From assembly GCA_001949185.1 (NCBI GenBank), contig BDGG01000002.1, positions 3,469,826 to 3,533,825 on the forward strand: a DNA stretch of 64,000 bases. The letters are read 5' to 3'. The notes beneath the pieces were generated by a model. That model searched no databases and was not told the DNA's origin. It worked only from the letters and a program-made list of their open reading frames with translations. Both the position numbers and the translations under genes were made by a program. Source of the stretch: Ramazzottius varieornatus. Its lineage: Eukaryota; Animalia; Tardigrada. Below, piece after piece: positions 38,278 through 53,507 of the stretch; positions within the stretch are counted from its first letter, which is position 1, and every line of letters begins with the position of its first letter.

Positions 38278-38399
38278 ATACTGTATACTCTCCCGAAATT
38301 CATGTACGTCACTTCATTCAGAGTGTATTTTCGCCACGGTAACACTCCAATGATTTGAGAGTCAGTGACGTACGTGAATTTCGGGAGAGCATACAGTAT
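38278..38399. mobile_element. Small hairpin MITE-like element between convergent 3' ends
   Basis: ATACTGTATACTCTCCCGAAATTCATGTACGTCACT (38278-38313) vs AGTGACGTACGTGAATTTCGGGAGAGCATACAGTAT (38364-38399): 36-bp inverted repeat with 2 mismatches. Confidence 0.7.
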
Positions 38400-38484
38400 G
38401 GTGATTTGGAACAGGAACGGAACAAAATATCAGAAAAAGATTCGACAAATCTTTACGTCATCTTGGTCAGGTTGGGTAACAAGT

Positions 38485-40926
<2,442 letters not shown>

Positions 40927-41779
40927 CACCGCCGTCTGCAGCAAGTCTGCAAACCAACAAACCAGATTGTTTCCTCAAAGCATCGAATCTGGTCATGAAA
41001 CAGTTAAACAGAATTCGTCAGATCTTGATAACTTGATGATAAGATCAAGGAGCAGGCTCTTCGGGGGCCAAGAAAAGAAGGATTTCTCGAACCGCAGATT
41101 TCCATTTTCCAGCAAAAATCCTGATCAAACTAAAATTCTCGCGGTGGAGACTTAAAACAAAACAAATTGCTACTCAGGGGCTAAGGCAGATGGTGGTTGA
41201 TTGCTTGACTAAGAGTAACTAGGTGCGCGCTTGGTATTTGGTGCACGGATACAAGCTTTGCACAGCGAGAGAGGAACAGCTGATCCCACCACCATTCGGG
41301 CGGGTTCGCGGCACACCTGCACAAGCGGTGCCTTTTGGTGCTTTTTTTCTACCTTAAGCCTCTCTGATATACGATTTTCCACCTTTCCACCCTAAGTTAG
41401 ACAACGAAGGTGCCTTACGCAAGGTGGAAAAGGTGCCTTAAAATCAATAGTAGCCATTTTTATCGTCAGATCGTAGTGTCTTGATGCTCTGGCTCGATTT
41501 TTGAGGTTAAGCTTGTCATTTTGCTTTTAAGGTTAATAAAGTTGTATTTTATCCAAAGTACAACGTCAGCCATTTTTGAGCGGAACAGACGGAGCACTTG
41601 TAGGCCGAAAACCAAACGGAAAGAAACGGAAAAGATAAGCCTTTTCGAAAACGGAAGCGGACCGAAATTTCCGCCCGTTCCGGTTCGGTTCCGCTTAGTG
41701 GACCATTTTTATGCTCTGACTCACACTGATAGAACCATCTGAGATAGGTTGGAAAATCCTGTTCTCCTCTTGGTCCTCT

Positions 41780-43150
41780 TCTGCAGACTCCATCCTTTCC
41801 ATCAAATTTGCTTGTAAGAGTGGCCATTTTCTGGGCGGTGGACTGATCAAGCTTGCTACAAAGCTCAGCTCCCTTGCAAGATCATCATTACGACTGGAGG
41901 AATGGAGACCGAACTTTAGCTAACCACGCCACGTTCTCGTCCTTCTCGATGGACTCTCTTGACATCGCGGCACGTATGACGCTTCTGAAACCGTTCGGTT
42001 GATCAACCATCTCCGAAACGAGCTCTGACCTGACTGTACTACATCAGATTTGAGGCCGCGTGGAATGCGAAGATTAGGAGGAACCATGCTTCACGCACAC
42101 AGACATCAAGACTTCGACAAAGCGCCTGTCCGCTTGGCCTATCCTCCTTACCTGATGATCTCAGTCTCATCAAAGTCCCTCTTCGATCGGTGCAGGGCAG
42201 TGGCGGCACCAACAGCAAGAATAATGGTAATAGCTAGTATTGTGTTGCAGTAATGTTAGCTCATTGCGTCCACGGAGAATATACTAAGACAGTTAGCACT
42301 ATTGCAGGGCAGATGGTGGGTGCGATTTGCGAAACGGAGAATCGAATTATCGAACCCTCTATTTATTTCGAACCTGTGATAGCACCTCCGATTCCACTCG
42401 GCGAAGTGCAAAATGTGGCTGGACGTCAACGCTTCACTTTGCGGTCCGAACACACAAAAGAAGCTCAGGTAATTGCTGGCAAAATGGATTGACACGCGGA
42501 ACCAGATCGTTCTCCCAAGTGGCGCACACTTCCAGCCAGTACCAGAGGAAGCATGCGCCACCTGAGACGACGATTTGATTCAGCTCTTTCGCCCACGTGC
42601 CGTTTTTCCTGTTTCTCAGTTTCAATTGCTATGACGAGTTTGGGCTCAGTTGTAGGATCTCAGCGATGACTTTTTGTGTAAGTTGATCAAATTCGTCCAA
42701 CCTGCTTCCCGGGCTGCCGAAGCTAACGTCGTTGTATACCAGCGGCGTGGTCCCGTTGGTTACTGTTCGAGAAATTCTGCCTTCGACGGCGCTGCGTGTT
42801 TACAAGAAGAAACCTGGAAGCAGTACGGTCCCGTACTTTCGATATGTGGACCTTCTGAAGTCTTTTTTTGAGTCTTTTCCAGCTCTCTCTTTAGATACGC
42901 GGAAGCTCGCCGACGCTTTCGTGGCATCCAGCCGTCGGCGCTGCGAAGACTTGCACCGAAAGAAGGCGCTAGTCTGCAAAGAAAAGGCAGGGATGCTCAA
43001 CGTCAAGAAGAAGTTAAGCTGACAGTTTCAACACAGTAAGAAAACTTATCCACACGGCGTTCATTGGAGGACGTGTGGTGCTTGCAGAACAGGTGAAAAG
43101 GGAGGAGGAACGTAAAAAACGGACAGAGCCCGACAGACATGTCGAGCAAC
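41780..43150 (+). pseudogene. Possible degraded DNA-transposon (Mutator-like/unclassified DDE) ORF
   Basis: Frameshifted or stop-interrupted fragments CKSGHF../WTDQAC, STISETS..YIRFEAAW, GTNSKNNGNS*YCVAVM and PYFRYVDLL recall animal transposase-like proteins. AACGGA-rich repeats at ~41570-41700 could be a terminus. Confidence 0.25.
42477..42598. repeat. Palindromic repeat family copy
   Basis: ACCAGATCGTTCTCCCAAGTGGCGCAC ... GCGCCACCTGAGACGACGATTTGATTC...GCCCACGT. Confidence 0.78.
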
Positions 43151-43656
43151 GAGGTCGGCAAGAGCTAAAAAGCTACAAGGAAGTACGGTGGAGAAAGTTT
43201 TTGTTCACTGTAATGCTAGATGGATTTGAGTGCTTTTCTGCTAGTTGATGCTGATTTGTTCATCGTTTTAGTAGCTCTGACACCCCAGGAGCAGCTAAGT
43301 AATGAGAATCATCTGGTTAGAGCATGAGCCAAAACTGACGTTGTGGATGATTGCCTTGGGAAGAGGTTAGTTTGCACTGTTGTTGTTCTGTTTATCGATG
43401 CGCCGCCTCAGTCTTCGGTGTTTTTTCGCAAGTTTGGTTGCGATGTTGTAGACCCTGAACCTAGAAATAGCCGAAAGTCCGGAACACCTTACAGGAAAGC
43501 GCCCTTGTTTTCCTGGTAGACCGATGGATCGGGCGGTGAACAGGAAGAAAGTTCTTCAGAGAACCCTAACCGCGGTGACCGCGAAGAAAGGGCTATAAAG
43601 AGCAGCTGAAGCCGCTTTCGCTACGTGAAAAACGGGAACTACAGTAGGAAGTGGGC

Positions 43657-43778
43657 GGGACGTGGGCAAATGAATTGAACCAGATCGTTGTGTCAAGCGA
43701 CGCGCTTTTGCATTGTTATTGGCTGAAGTTTGCGCTACCTGGGAAAACGATCTGGTTCGAATCATTTGCCCACGCCCC
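43657..43778. repeat. Palindromic repeat family copy (best-preserved termini)
   Basis: GGGACGTGGGCAAATGAATTGAACCAGATCGTT ... GGGAAAACGATCTGGTTCGAATCATTTGCCCACGCCCC. Confidence 0.82.
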
Positions 43779-44502
43779 CTGTGGAACTTGTGGTCCGAGG
43801 CGGAAGTGAGGTTATCGTTTCCTCTACGTACTTGCCGTATGTTCTCAGTACCACTGGTACCTGAAGAACTGCTGAAGAGATGGAAGGGACCGAGTAGCGC
43901 CAGTAGCGTCTCGGAAGTATGGTGCAAAACGTCGAAGAATCTTCGGAAAGGCCAAAGGGGAGAGGTGAAGTTTCTGGGGTGTATATATCCACCATGACTG
44001 CTTTTCGAAATTGTACGGTACGGGTAGCTGTTGTTTTGGCAGATCCGAAACCAAGCATACGTCATTGAGAAGGGAAAGTAGTTGCTTTACAGCAGCGCGT
44101 AAAACAGACGAAAGATCCTTCTTCCACGCAGGCTTCAAGGGGAATGAAATCGGTGGCATGGTCTTTTTGTACATCAAGACAGCTTCTTCATCTAAAGAAG
44201 ATAGTATCCAAATTTGCTGCCTGAATCTCTGCTCGACAGTGTAGCGCGAACCAAAGTACAAAGATCGCTTTCGCTATCCAGTCCTATGTCGATATGTACG
44301 CTACCGCATCGTATCAGAGAACAGAGATACTGCAATTATCTTTATTTGATTTGTGACTAAAATTGCAACTGGCAAGCACGTCCTGTTCACCTCCTACGTA
44401 AAAGAATATTATTAACAGTTGGATCTTTTGCTGCCGAAATGGTGCATCTTTCCTGACTTAGGCCCGCACGAACGTACGAGACTCCATATTGATACACGGA
44501 AG

Positions 44503-47500
44503 ATGCCGTCTACTCAGCGACCCAACTCACAGTAAGTACATAGTACAATGTTCACAAACGCCTGGGAGATTTCACTGTTGGTTTTGCACTCTAGTGAGAT
44601 CTATCGGAAGATCTCGATGGTCAGCCCGGCGCGTAGCGGAAAAAAGAACTCCATATCCCTGAGCCACGCTCTGCCGTTCATCAAACCGGCAGTGTCCGCC
44701 GACCAAGCTCTGAACATCTCTTTCAGCTATTGGCACATCTCGCTGATTGTCGCTACTGTCGGTCTGCTCTATTTCGTACCGTTTTACGTTTGGCTTCTCG
44801 GTAAGGAATGTCACCCAGTATTAGTTGCTGTTCTTACGTGCAAAATACATAGTACTTGGGAGAGCGTGCAGGATCGTCATCACGCGCGGCGCATGTTTCC
44901 ACTGTTACAAGATAGAACGTGCGCCACTTGAAGCAACGACCACGTGCGTTCTCTTCGCCGGCTTTCCACTTGATCTCAAGTTTTGTTGTCTTGTGTATAG
45001 TATCCACATGTATTTACTTGGCCTACCGGATAACGGAGTTTTATCGTGTTTGGGATCCATCGTGGCCGATTCTCCTTGCCCTCCGTCAATACTGCATTGT
45101 AGTCGCCTACCGATACTTCGGATTCTACCAAACATGGAAGTTCCACAGAAGCAGCTTCCGCGTCGCCGCTCAGCAGGAGGAGACCCTCCTCGACCTGATC
45201 AAGCTCAACGAAAGCACGGAGTACTCCAAGGACCATAAGCTGAGTCTGGAATACATCACGAGCTGTGAAGCGTTCGTGCGACTTCATCCCCTCACCAAAG
45301 CCACGGACTACGTCTCGTACACGGAAAGACTAAAGAACGGAGAGGACAGAGTCATGACGGCAGAAAAGCCGTCGTACTTTTCGAACACTTCCGGCACCAT
45401 TGGTGGTCCGGTGCTGATACCTTTCACAAGGAGGGTGGCCAAAAAGATCATCCAGGTTGTGGCTTTGCAACAGTACAACGCCCAGAAACACATCCCCTGG
45501 GAAGAACTTCACCGACTTAGGCCCGTATGTGTGATTATGGTCAAAGAGTGGCAGCACGCTGAATTGACGAATTTCTATGATTGTTTGGACTGTGTCAATG
45601 ATAATACTGTGGTGTCGCTTTAGACTTGCTCGTAGCTGGCCCGTGATGGGTTGACGCATGTGTCACAGCAAACACAATTCGATCAAACTGTTTTTTGTAG
45701 ATACTCAAGTTGAGCTATGGGACGAAGAAGCGCACTGACACTACGGCGTCCGGCATTCGGGTGGGTGGAGCCGCGACAAACCCTTTCCTGTTCCAATGGT
45801 ACGGTGAGGTCTTCACGGCACCCTCGATCGTATACGACATCGAAGATCCACGGGCTGCCACTTACGTCCAGCTGCTTTTTGCCCTGAAGTACCGAAACCT
45901 CGGAGCCATCGATGGTCTGGCGGCTTCCCTGGTCTACTTTGCCCTGAAGCAGCTGGAGGCGGACTGGAAGGAACTGGTCAAGGATATTCGGTTGGGGTCT
46001 CTGAACAAAGACCTGTTACTGAGCGATAGTGTTCGGAGAATACTTGAAAGCCAACTTACTCCGGACCAACAACGAGCAAGCAGGCTGGAGCGGGAGTTTG
46101 AGAAAGGGTTCTCGAACATCGCTAACCGAATCTGGCCAAAGTTGAGAATCATAAACTGTATCACGATGGGAGCTTCCACCATTTATGCTAGGTACATTCG
46201 AGACTACTACGCTCGAGGTATGGTATCGTCCGTCTCTTTTTTCCGGTGCGCCAGTTACAGTATAAGCCACTGATATTCATAGGATACGAATTAAGATATA
46301 ATTGGATTTGATACGTTCTGGTACAGATGCTAGTATGTACACTGTGGCTTACGCCGGAGCCGAAGGACTTTTTGGCATTAACTTATGGCCACAAATGTAT
46401 CCCAGTAGATTCGCTCTGCTACCCGATGTCAACTTCTACGAATTCATTCCTCTGAGAGACAAAGATAAGGAGCAACCCAAAACTCTCTTCATGGAACAGG
46501 TAAATATTCGAACTCATTCTTGCCCAAAAAGTTGCTTGACCTGTTGCCTGTTGGGCCCTTGTCGAGCTAAGGAACCGTTCAAAAATGTTGCAGTTGGAAT
46601 GGAACCACGATTACGAACTGGTAATTACCACGGCAGCCAACTTGAATCGCTACCGGCTAGGTAATTACAAGCGATAACGTATATTGTGCGGCACACCGCT
46701 TTGCTACAGTATTTCTTCTGCTGTTATTGGAGGAAAAATTTTTTTGTTGAACCCAATAAGGCTCGTTTTTCTTCCAGGTGATATCGTTCGAGTGGTGGAT
46801 TTCTACAACGAGATTCCTGTGGTCGAGTTCAAGGAAAAGTGAGTAAACTACACTCCTACAGATTTACTACAGCCTTCGGTCACCCGCTTTCCCCTACGTT
46901 ATTTTGTACTTTCAGACCGAGTGCGACCTTGAGTGTCAGAGGCGAACAAGTTCCCGAGAACTCTGTGTACCGCGCCCTGATGAACACCATAGCTCAGATG
47001 AAGTCGCGCATTTCTAACCTCGTGGACTACGCGACCTGCGAAAATATTCTGCTGAATTCCGCTAATGTTGATCTAGGTTAGACTCCTTTTGAGCACCACC
47101 CACGGTTGCCGTAGTTTATCACCTAAGGATTGGGCGCGCATTCCTCGAAACAACACACCTAACATTATGGATCTCGCCCTAGGTCTAGCCTTACCATACC
47201 ACGCGATATTTGTCGAAATTAGCCCATCGCCCACCGAGAAAGACGATACAGCCGACCTTGCCAAGGACATCGCACAAACCGTAGGTGATACCGTTTGACG
47301 AGAACGATTTGATGAGCATACATTTTTCCCTTTATAACAGTACGACGAGAATCTTCGCAAGATCCACGAGAAGTACGACGAACTCCGAAGCCTTCCTTCC
47401 TTGTCTTGCGCGGTGGTTTACCTGATCAAAGCCGGAGGCTTCAGCCGGCTAAAAGATCATCTAATCCGGACAATGGGTGTAACCTCTTTCGAAGTGAAAA

Positions 47501-47565
47501 TGCGGCACATACTGCAGAAACGGGAGCTGGTGATGTTCTTGCTGAACAATGCATTACCCACTTAA
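44503..47565 (+). CDS. GHDC: GH3-domain-containing protein (GHDC-like) with N-terminal hydrophobic segments, multi-exon
   Basis: STEYSKDH...FVRLHPLTKATDY..Y.ERL.NGE.RVM, TSGTIGG..LIP, ATYVQLLFAL, RIWPKL, YAGAEGLFGINLWP, FYEFIP, YELVIT...YRLGDIV, LSVRGEQV; stop TAA 47563-47565. First exons 44503-44531 and 44595-44800 join in phase. Confidence 0.85.
44871..44940. repeat. Palindromic repeat family copy in GHDC intron
   Basis: GGATCGT...GCGGCGCATGTT ... AACGTGCGCCACTTGAAGCAACGAC. Confidence 0.62.
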
Positions 47566-49178
47566 GTGACGCACGTGTACACACAGAGAGAAAGAGAGAG
47601 GGAGAGAGTGGCCGCAGCATAATGCGAGCTGAGCATTGTCTTTTGTGTAAACGTTTATTGGAATGCGTTTGTTGATCAGCTCATCCTATTAATTAGATCA
47701 TTGTTAGAGCGGTGCCAGATTGACCTGATCTGTCTTGCTGTCATAAAAGACATCCTTGAAGAGAGTTTACTGGCGCCACACACTGTAGCGTCAGAGTACA
47801 ACACTGTGCAAACACTCAGATGACGGTTAGTAAAATAATTATCAAACACTTGGGCGGCAGAGAATGACAGTAGACGGTCGGAGCACCACTGACCACATTA
47901 ACCTCGGTGAGCAGCGATATTTGACATTCGTTTATAAACTGCCAACAGCGATCTGCTCCAGTGTAAACGAGAAGAATACTCGGATAATATTACCTGCATA
48001 TGATCCTATGCAGAAAAATGATTTTGAGGTCTGTGTAGTATCATCTTTCCTAAGAACCGTTAAGGCTTTATAGAAAAAGTGGGTCGAATGATACTACGAA
48101 CCGATTTTCGAACGCTTATTGGCTTAGGAAATCCTTGATGGCTGTTGAGTGCCATTGATATCAATGTGAGCTTGAATGTACAGGAAGAATGGTAGCTCGT
48201 AATGGCGGTTCTTCTACAGTTTTCCGATATTTATGGTGTAGCCACACTAGGTTCACTGGACACGCGCGAAACATAAGACCTGCATAAGACCTGCTCGTAC
48301 CGTTTCCTATTTCCGTGTTTCTCGCCTGCTTCCCTGTCAGAGCTTTCTGGCTCTTTTGTTTCCGTTGCAGTCAAAAGGTTTAGGGAAGAAGGCAGCTGGT
48401 ATCGTACTTGGATTTCGCTTACAAGATACACTTGCTTGCATTCACCGCTCGGATTAGAGCGGCTTCCAGCTGGTGTCCTGAATTAAAATAAAGCACTCGT
48501 CGTCAATCCTTCGCTCCATGAACCGCAGACACCATTAGACATGCTTCCTCGTTAGCGCTGACGCTCTGACACAGTTTGGTTTGTATTAATTGCATTGCTG
48601 CCTTCGGCTGACTGAAGCTTCTGCGGCTTCCCTGATTCCTATTATTCTTCCGCTCAACTAAACCGCCCGCGAAACGTCGAGAGTGATATTTATTCTCGTC
48701 AATAACATATGCTCTGCTCATTTTGAGCGTCGACATATGTGGTCAGTAATTATAAATGCAAGCAACAGGCAGGTGTCACATCATCCCTCCGAAACCGGTT
48801 CACCTTTTTTTGCCTACTCTCTAATTACAGGACTGAATGGTAATGAGCAGATGAGCTGCAATCACCACCTGTCGACGGCACGTGGAACACGTGAAGCGCT
48901 TATCGATAGAATACCGAATTGGTCGAGTCTGGAGAGTAGACTGAGACTTGTAGAGCAACTTGTGATGCTCGATGACTGACCGATGATTTTAACAGGTCTC
49001 AAAAAAGGATGCCGCCAGCGGATGGCCTTAATCATGACAGCAAAGTGTCGGCTTAGTATTAACGTCGTTTAAGTGTAGTGAGAGCTCTTAATTGCATAAT
49101 CCCTAGCTTGCTGAGAACCTTGCGATGATGGATGTTTCAAGCTTGTCTTGTTTTCCAGCCTAATAGTCTTCCCGACCA

Positions 49179-49256
49179 ACCCGGATTGTTTTCCCAAGTG
49201 GCGCAAGCTCTCGGCCAAAAGCAATGAAAACATGCACCACTTCAGATAACGGTCAT
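49179..49256. repeat. Palindromic repeat family copy
   Basis: ACCCGGATTGTTTTCCCAAGTGGCGCA ... TGCACCACTTCAGATAACGGTC. Confidence 0.68.
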
Positions 49257-52200
49257 TTCCGAACCGACCATGCGGTTACAACGTTGTGCACGCGGTACTC
49301 GAGAACCAACCCGGAAGAAGAAATGTAGGTCGGCTCTGTCAAGAGTCGATGTCATTACCTTTCTGTTGTTGCAGTGCAAGATTTGGTAGCGGGGTGAAGG
49401 AAAAGATGAACAGAAGTTTACTCAGTGGATTCTGATCAACAAGGAAATTCGTCAGTGATATTGAGTTTGAAGGAGATGTTATAGTTTAGACAATGGCCGA
49501 TGATCGGAGGCTTGATCATGCAGTTTGATGAAGCCGTATTCGTACACACAAGCTGTTCATTGTTTACCATCTGCAAGACTATGGTCAATTTCCATTCGAT
49601 CATCTAGATTGAGGCAGGTGTTTGGCTGGCGATAAGAAAGCCTTCTTGAAGCGACAGGTCAAGCTGACCACATAGTGTACTTGAATACCAACTTTGATCA
49701 TTTTACAGTGTACAATTATGCACCCGTCAAGATCACAGGGAGGAAAGAGCGAATATTCCGAAACATCTGCAGCAAATTAGCAGTCTGGAGACAGTAGCCG
49801 CTGGTCAAGACACTGACAGCTGCTGGGCTTGAAGGAGTGCATAATCAATTCACGATGTAACGCGTCAGACGGATGCAGAGGGCGATCAAGAGTCAGAGGG
49901 GTACTTCAATTACGTTTTGCCAAGCCTTTCTTGCGCCGCGTAGATAGATGGACGTGCTGGTCGAGTGCGCCGTCCGAAGATCGACTTCACTGTGCAAATT
50001 GGATATGACATAATAGCATCTTTACTTGTCTGTCAGCTTGGATCGTGTTGGTCAGTTGGTTCCGGACGGAGATTGAACTTCGACCAGACAGTCTTCTTCT
50101 CTTTGTTGAAGGACCTTATTAGACTTGTAAAAAGATGGGATTGGAAAAAACAACTTTCTAATTCCCTTGTACTCATTTTCCTTTTAGGGTACCCGTATAC
50201 TTGGTACGGTTTCTCGCTGGACGTCGTTTTGTGACTTGCTGGCTGTGGTATAAGAGACCACGACGATTTTCTACGTTAGAGACACTGAGTTAATTTTGGA
50301 TTTCGTCATCAGGGTTCGAATACACAGTAATTTTACGGCGTACCTCGAACATCTCTGGGGAATATTATTGTCTAAATTACGATATAATTTTCAGTAAGAT
50401 AATTATTATGTGCTTTTCCGTACAATATCCGCAAGACAGAAGATAAACATATGGCCAATCACCTCGCACGCCGACGCCCACCGAGCTGTCGATCTTCCGT
50501 CTCGCCACGGTCAGCATTCGCGGCAGCCACTACAGATCGTAGAGTAAGGCAGCTGAAGCAGCAGTTCTAGTGGCAAAGCGCACCATCTTTATCGCCAGCT
50601 CCAAGCTGTTCGTCAAGACGTGCGTTAAATCGGAACGATCATTCTTATTCCGCTTGTTTATTTCCCCGTCAAGTGTTGGCTTGCATACCATCTCACCTTA
50701 TCGCTGCCTTGTCTGAATATTATCTCGTACCGCACTTTACATAAACTGCCTTCGATTTCATCATGCATCTATGTCATTGGAAAGCTGATATCCGGTCTCT
50801 CTTGTGTGTTCTGTGATTGGGGAAGTTTGTTGTGGAGATTTGATCCCATCCTTCGCATATCTCGTTGATCTCACGGTTTTAAACCGGTAAGTCCTTCCTT
50901 TGTCGTCTCGAGATGCGCCACACATTCCTACAATACCTCCACACAAATCACCCTCAAAGGTTTTTTCCACTCTGGCGCGACTACTTTTCCCGGTAGTCTT
51001 AAATATATGGTGTGCCGCGATCAACAGCCTTCTGTTGTTTCGGCCATTGAAGAGGCCCACAGCTTGCAGCTGTCAGTTACGTTTTTTCTTCGCCATTTTT
51101 GTCGAAGCCAGATTTTGACATATGGCGCTGCCTTTGTTCTTTTATGACATGACACGTTTACAACCTTGTTTTTTGCACAGCCGGTTCTTCGTCTATTGCG
51201 CTCGGGAACTAAGATGGCAACGTTAACCAGTGTAACAGGTTGCTGCAGTCCAAACTTTTACGGAAAATATACAGAGAGAATATTCAGGAAGGGCTCGAAG
51301 AAAAGTTCAGGATGACTCAGGATGAAAAGTTCAGGAGGATGGTAGTTCAGGATGATATCATCGTGGGATTGTTCAGATTGAATACAAGTTGTCTTGTGGT
51401 TCTTGAGGGTTGAGACAAAAGGTTCAGGGTCTGTTTTTAATTGGAGTGTGGGCTGTAGAGTGTCTTCGTGGTTTTCCGAGAGTGGATCTGTGGGGATCAA
51501 GTCAAGAGCTTGTGGCGGCTGTCATGTAGGGTTTGCTCTTGCATCCAGTGCGTGACAAGTCTTTGCACCTTGCAAATCACACTTGTCCACTTACTCGTCC
51601 GACAACGGCATTCGTTCTCTCGCTTACCGTTACGTAAGGCAAGCACCAGAAAGTCAGAGATTCCGTGCCCGACGACAGATCCTGACTCATGTCGCTCGTG
51701 ACTTTACGTTTTGATTCTTGGCCGAATATCGTAGAACAATTCCCGCAACAAAGCGTGCCGACGTCGAAACTGCATAAGCCTAGTCAAGATCGAAACCAGG
51801 AAGTAACGTGGTAGACGAAGGTGTTCTTGGAGAATGGTGGAATTTTTGTGTCATGACTTCTTCTGAAGGACCCTTCGACCTTTCCGGTGTTACAGCAGAG
51901 GTTCTTGGTCAGTACAGGCAGTGATGCAGGTCTGCGGGGTGGATTATGCATGGTCATTTGCGTACCATATGGACACTTCGATGAAGCCATCGCATGGCCG
52001 CTCGAACGTGGTTACAAAGAACCACAAAGCAGCTCAGGTTTTACCTTGAGACGCGCAAACACGTTCGTACAGTGTATACCTTTCATTCCATTGCATTCTC
52101 TACACAGTATGTAACATACCCATGTTTGTTCTGGGTGCGCTGTGACAAAACATCAGATCGCTTTTGATGTCATCAAAAAAGGGCCGCGGAGAACCAGCTC

Positions 52201-53507
52201 GGTCCCTCCTTACCTTCACGGTCCTCTGCGACTGCACAGTCGGCTCTCTGTGCGGAAGCACTTAACCGTGAAACGATTAAGAGCTCTCGCAAACATTCAC
52301 ATGGTCAATCAAAACCCGCTCCGAATAAAACTTGACGGTGAAGAAAAGAAACTCGCTTGCACAATTCCGCCGACGGCACAGACAATCTGTCACGATCAAT
52401 ATGCACTAACACCATCCACCGGTCAGTCTGTACGTAATTAGGTCCGACCAAGCTCGTTGAGAGAAAAACCTTCCGCAACGAGGCATTACTGCTTTTTTTA
52501 ATTGGCTTCTCGCGGTTTTTCGATGACAGATTGAGAACGGGCCATTTGACCGACCATTGCGCGTAACAACTCGCTCACAGTTGGGCCCGCGTAGTTTGAC
52601 ACGATACAGCTTGCTCCACGTGGGTTCTCTGCTTTTCTGCGTTGTCTTGCAATTCGAAAGAAGGCCTATGTTGTAACCATGCTGGAGCGAAATGTGTCGT
52701 GACAAAACATGCTGGTAAAAAGTCGCCAAACGAAGATTAACGGGCTGCTTAGCGCGATTGGCACTGACTGAGGATGTACACTTTTGTCACGAACTCGGTC
52801 GATCTTTGAACCATCAGGCCTTGTTCTTTACTTCATACGGCGCAGTCTTTTACCACTTCCGCACGACGTGTTCCGGAAGTGCTGTTCAGCAAGCCCGCAA
52901 AACTTTCTTCCGCTTCATCAAAAAATTGAGTTACCATCAGACCGTTCATCTTTACAGGGCTGGATCGCATGCTGCTTTTGGAAGAATCGGTAGAAAAAAT
53001 TTCGAGTCTCGATACTCCGATCCGATACTCAATTTACATTTTCTTGTCTGTCCATGCATCGAAAAATCAACATGGGACTGACAAATCGATGAATACATGT
53101 TCAAGAAGACGCTGTAATAGCATCTGCCAACGTCGGCATACGCCCATGAAACCTACATTCGTACTTCACCCGCGCGATAAGAAACCCGCTTTCCCGTGCA
53201 GCGCATAACGAGCGATGATGCGTAATACGACAGCTGTAGCATTATCATCGAAGCACAGGCAAGTCGAGCGCATTAGAACGGAAAATGCGACATGGACCCA
53301 AAAATGGAGCATTTTATACTGTATACACAGACATTATGATAAACGAGTCAGCCGCATTACGGCGGACCGTCACACTGTAGCAGTTCTCAGCGTAACATGA
53401 GTAACCTCCCTTGCTGAAAGACAACATTGGACATCTCTGTATCAATATTACGTTATTTTATGCATCAAGCGTTCCTTTCTCTTTTAGCGCACACGTTTTG
53501 ATCAAAG

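Noticed and set aside
44503-47565. Horizontal transfer of a plant or bacterial GH3 gene
   Set aside because: Animals have native GHDC genes and this one has many ordinary introns; nothing in the sequence indicates foreign origin.
51258-51500. ORF and short AGTTCAGGATGA-like repeats
   Set aside because: Low-complexity repeat without recognisable protein or termini; likely a decayed repeat.
47600-53400. Many 60-110-aa ORFs in the long region upstream of the LZTS-like gene
   Set aside because: No recognisable domains or coherent exon chain; probably 5'UTR introns and regulatory DNA.
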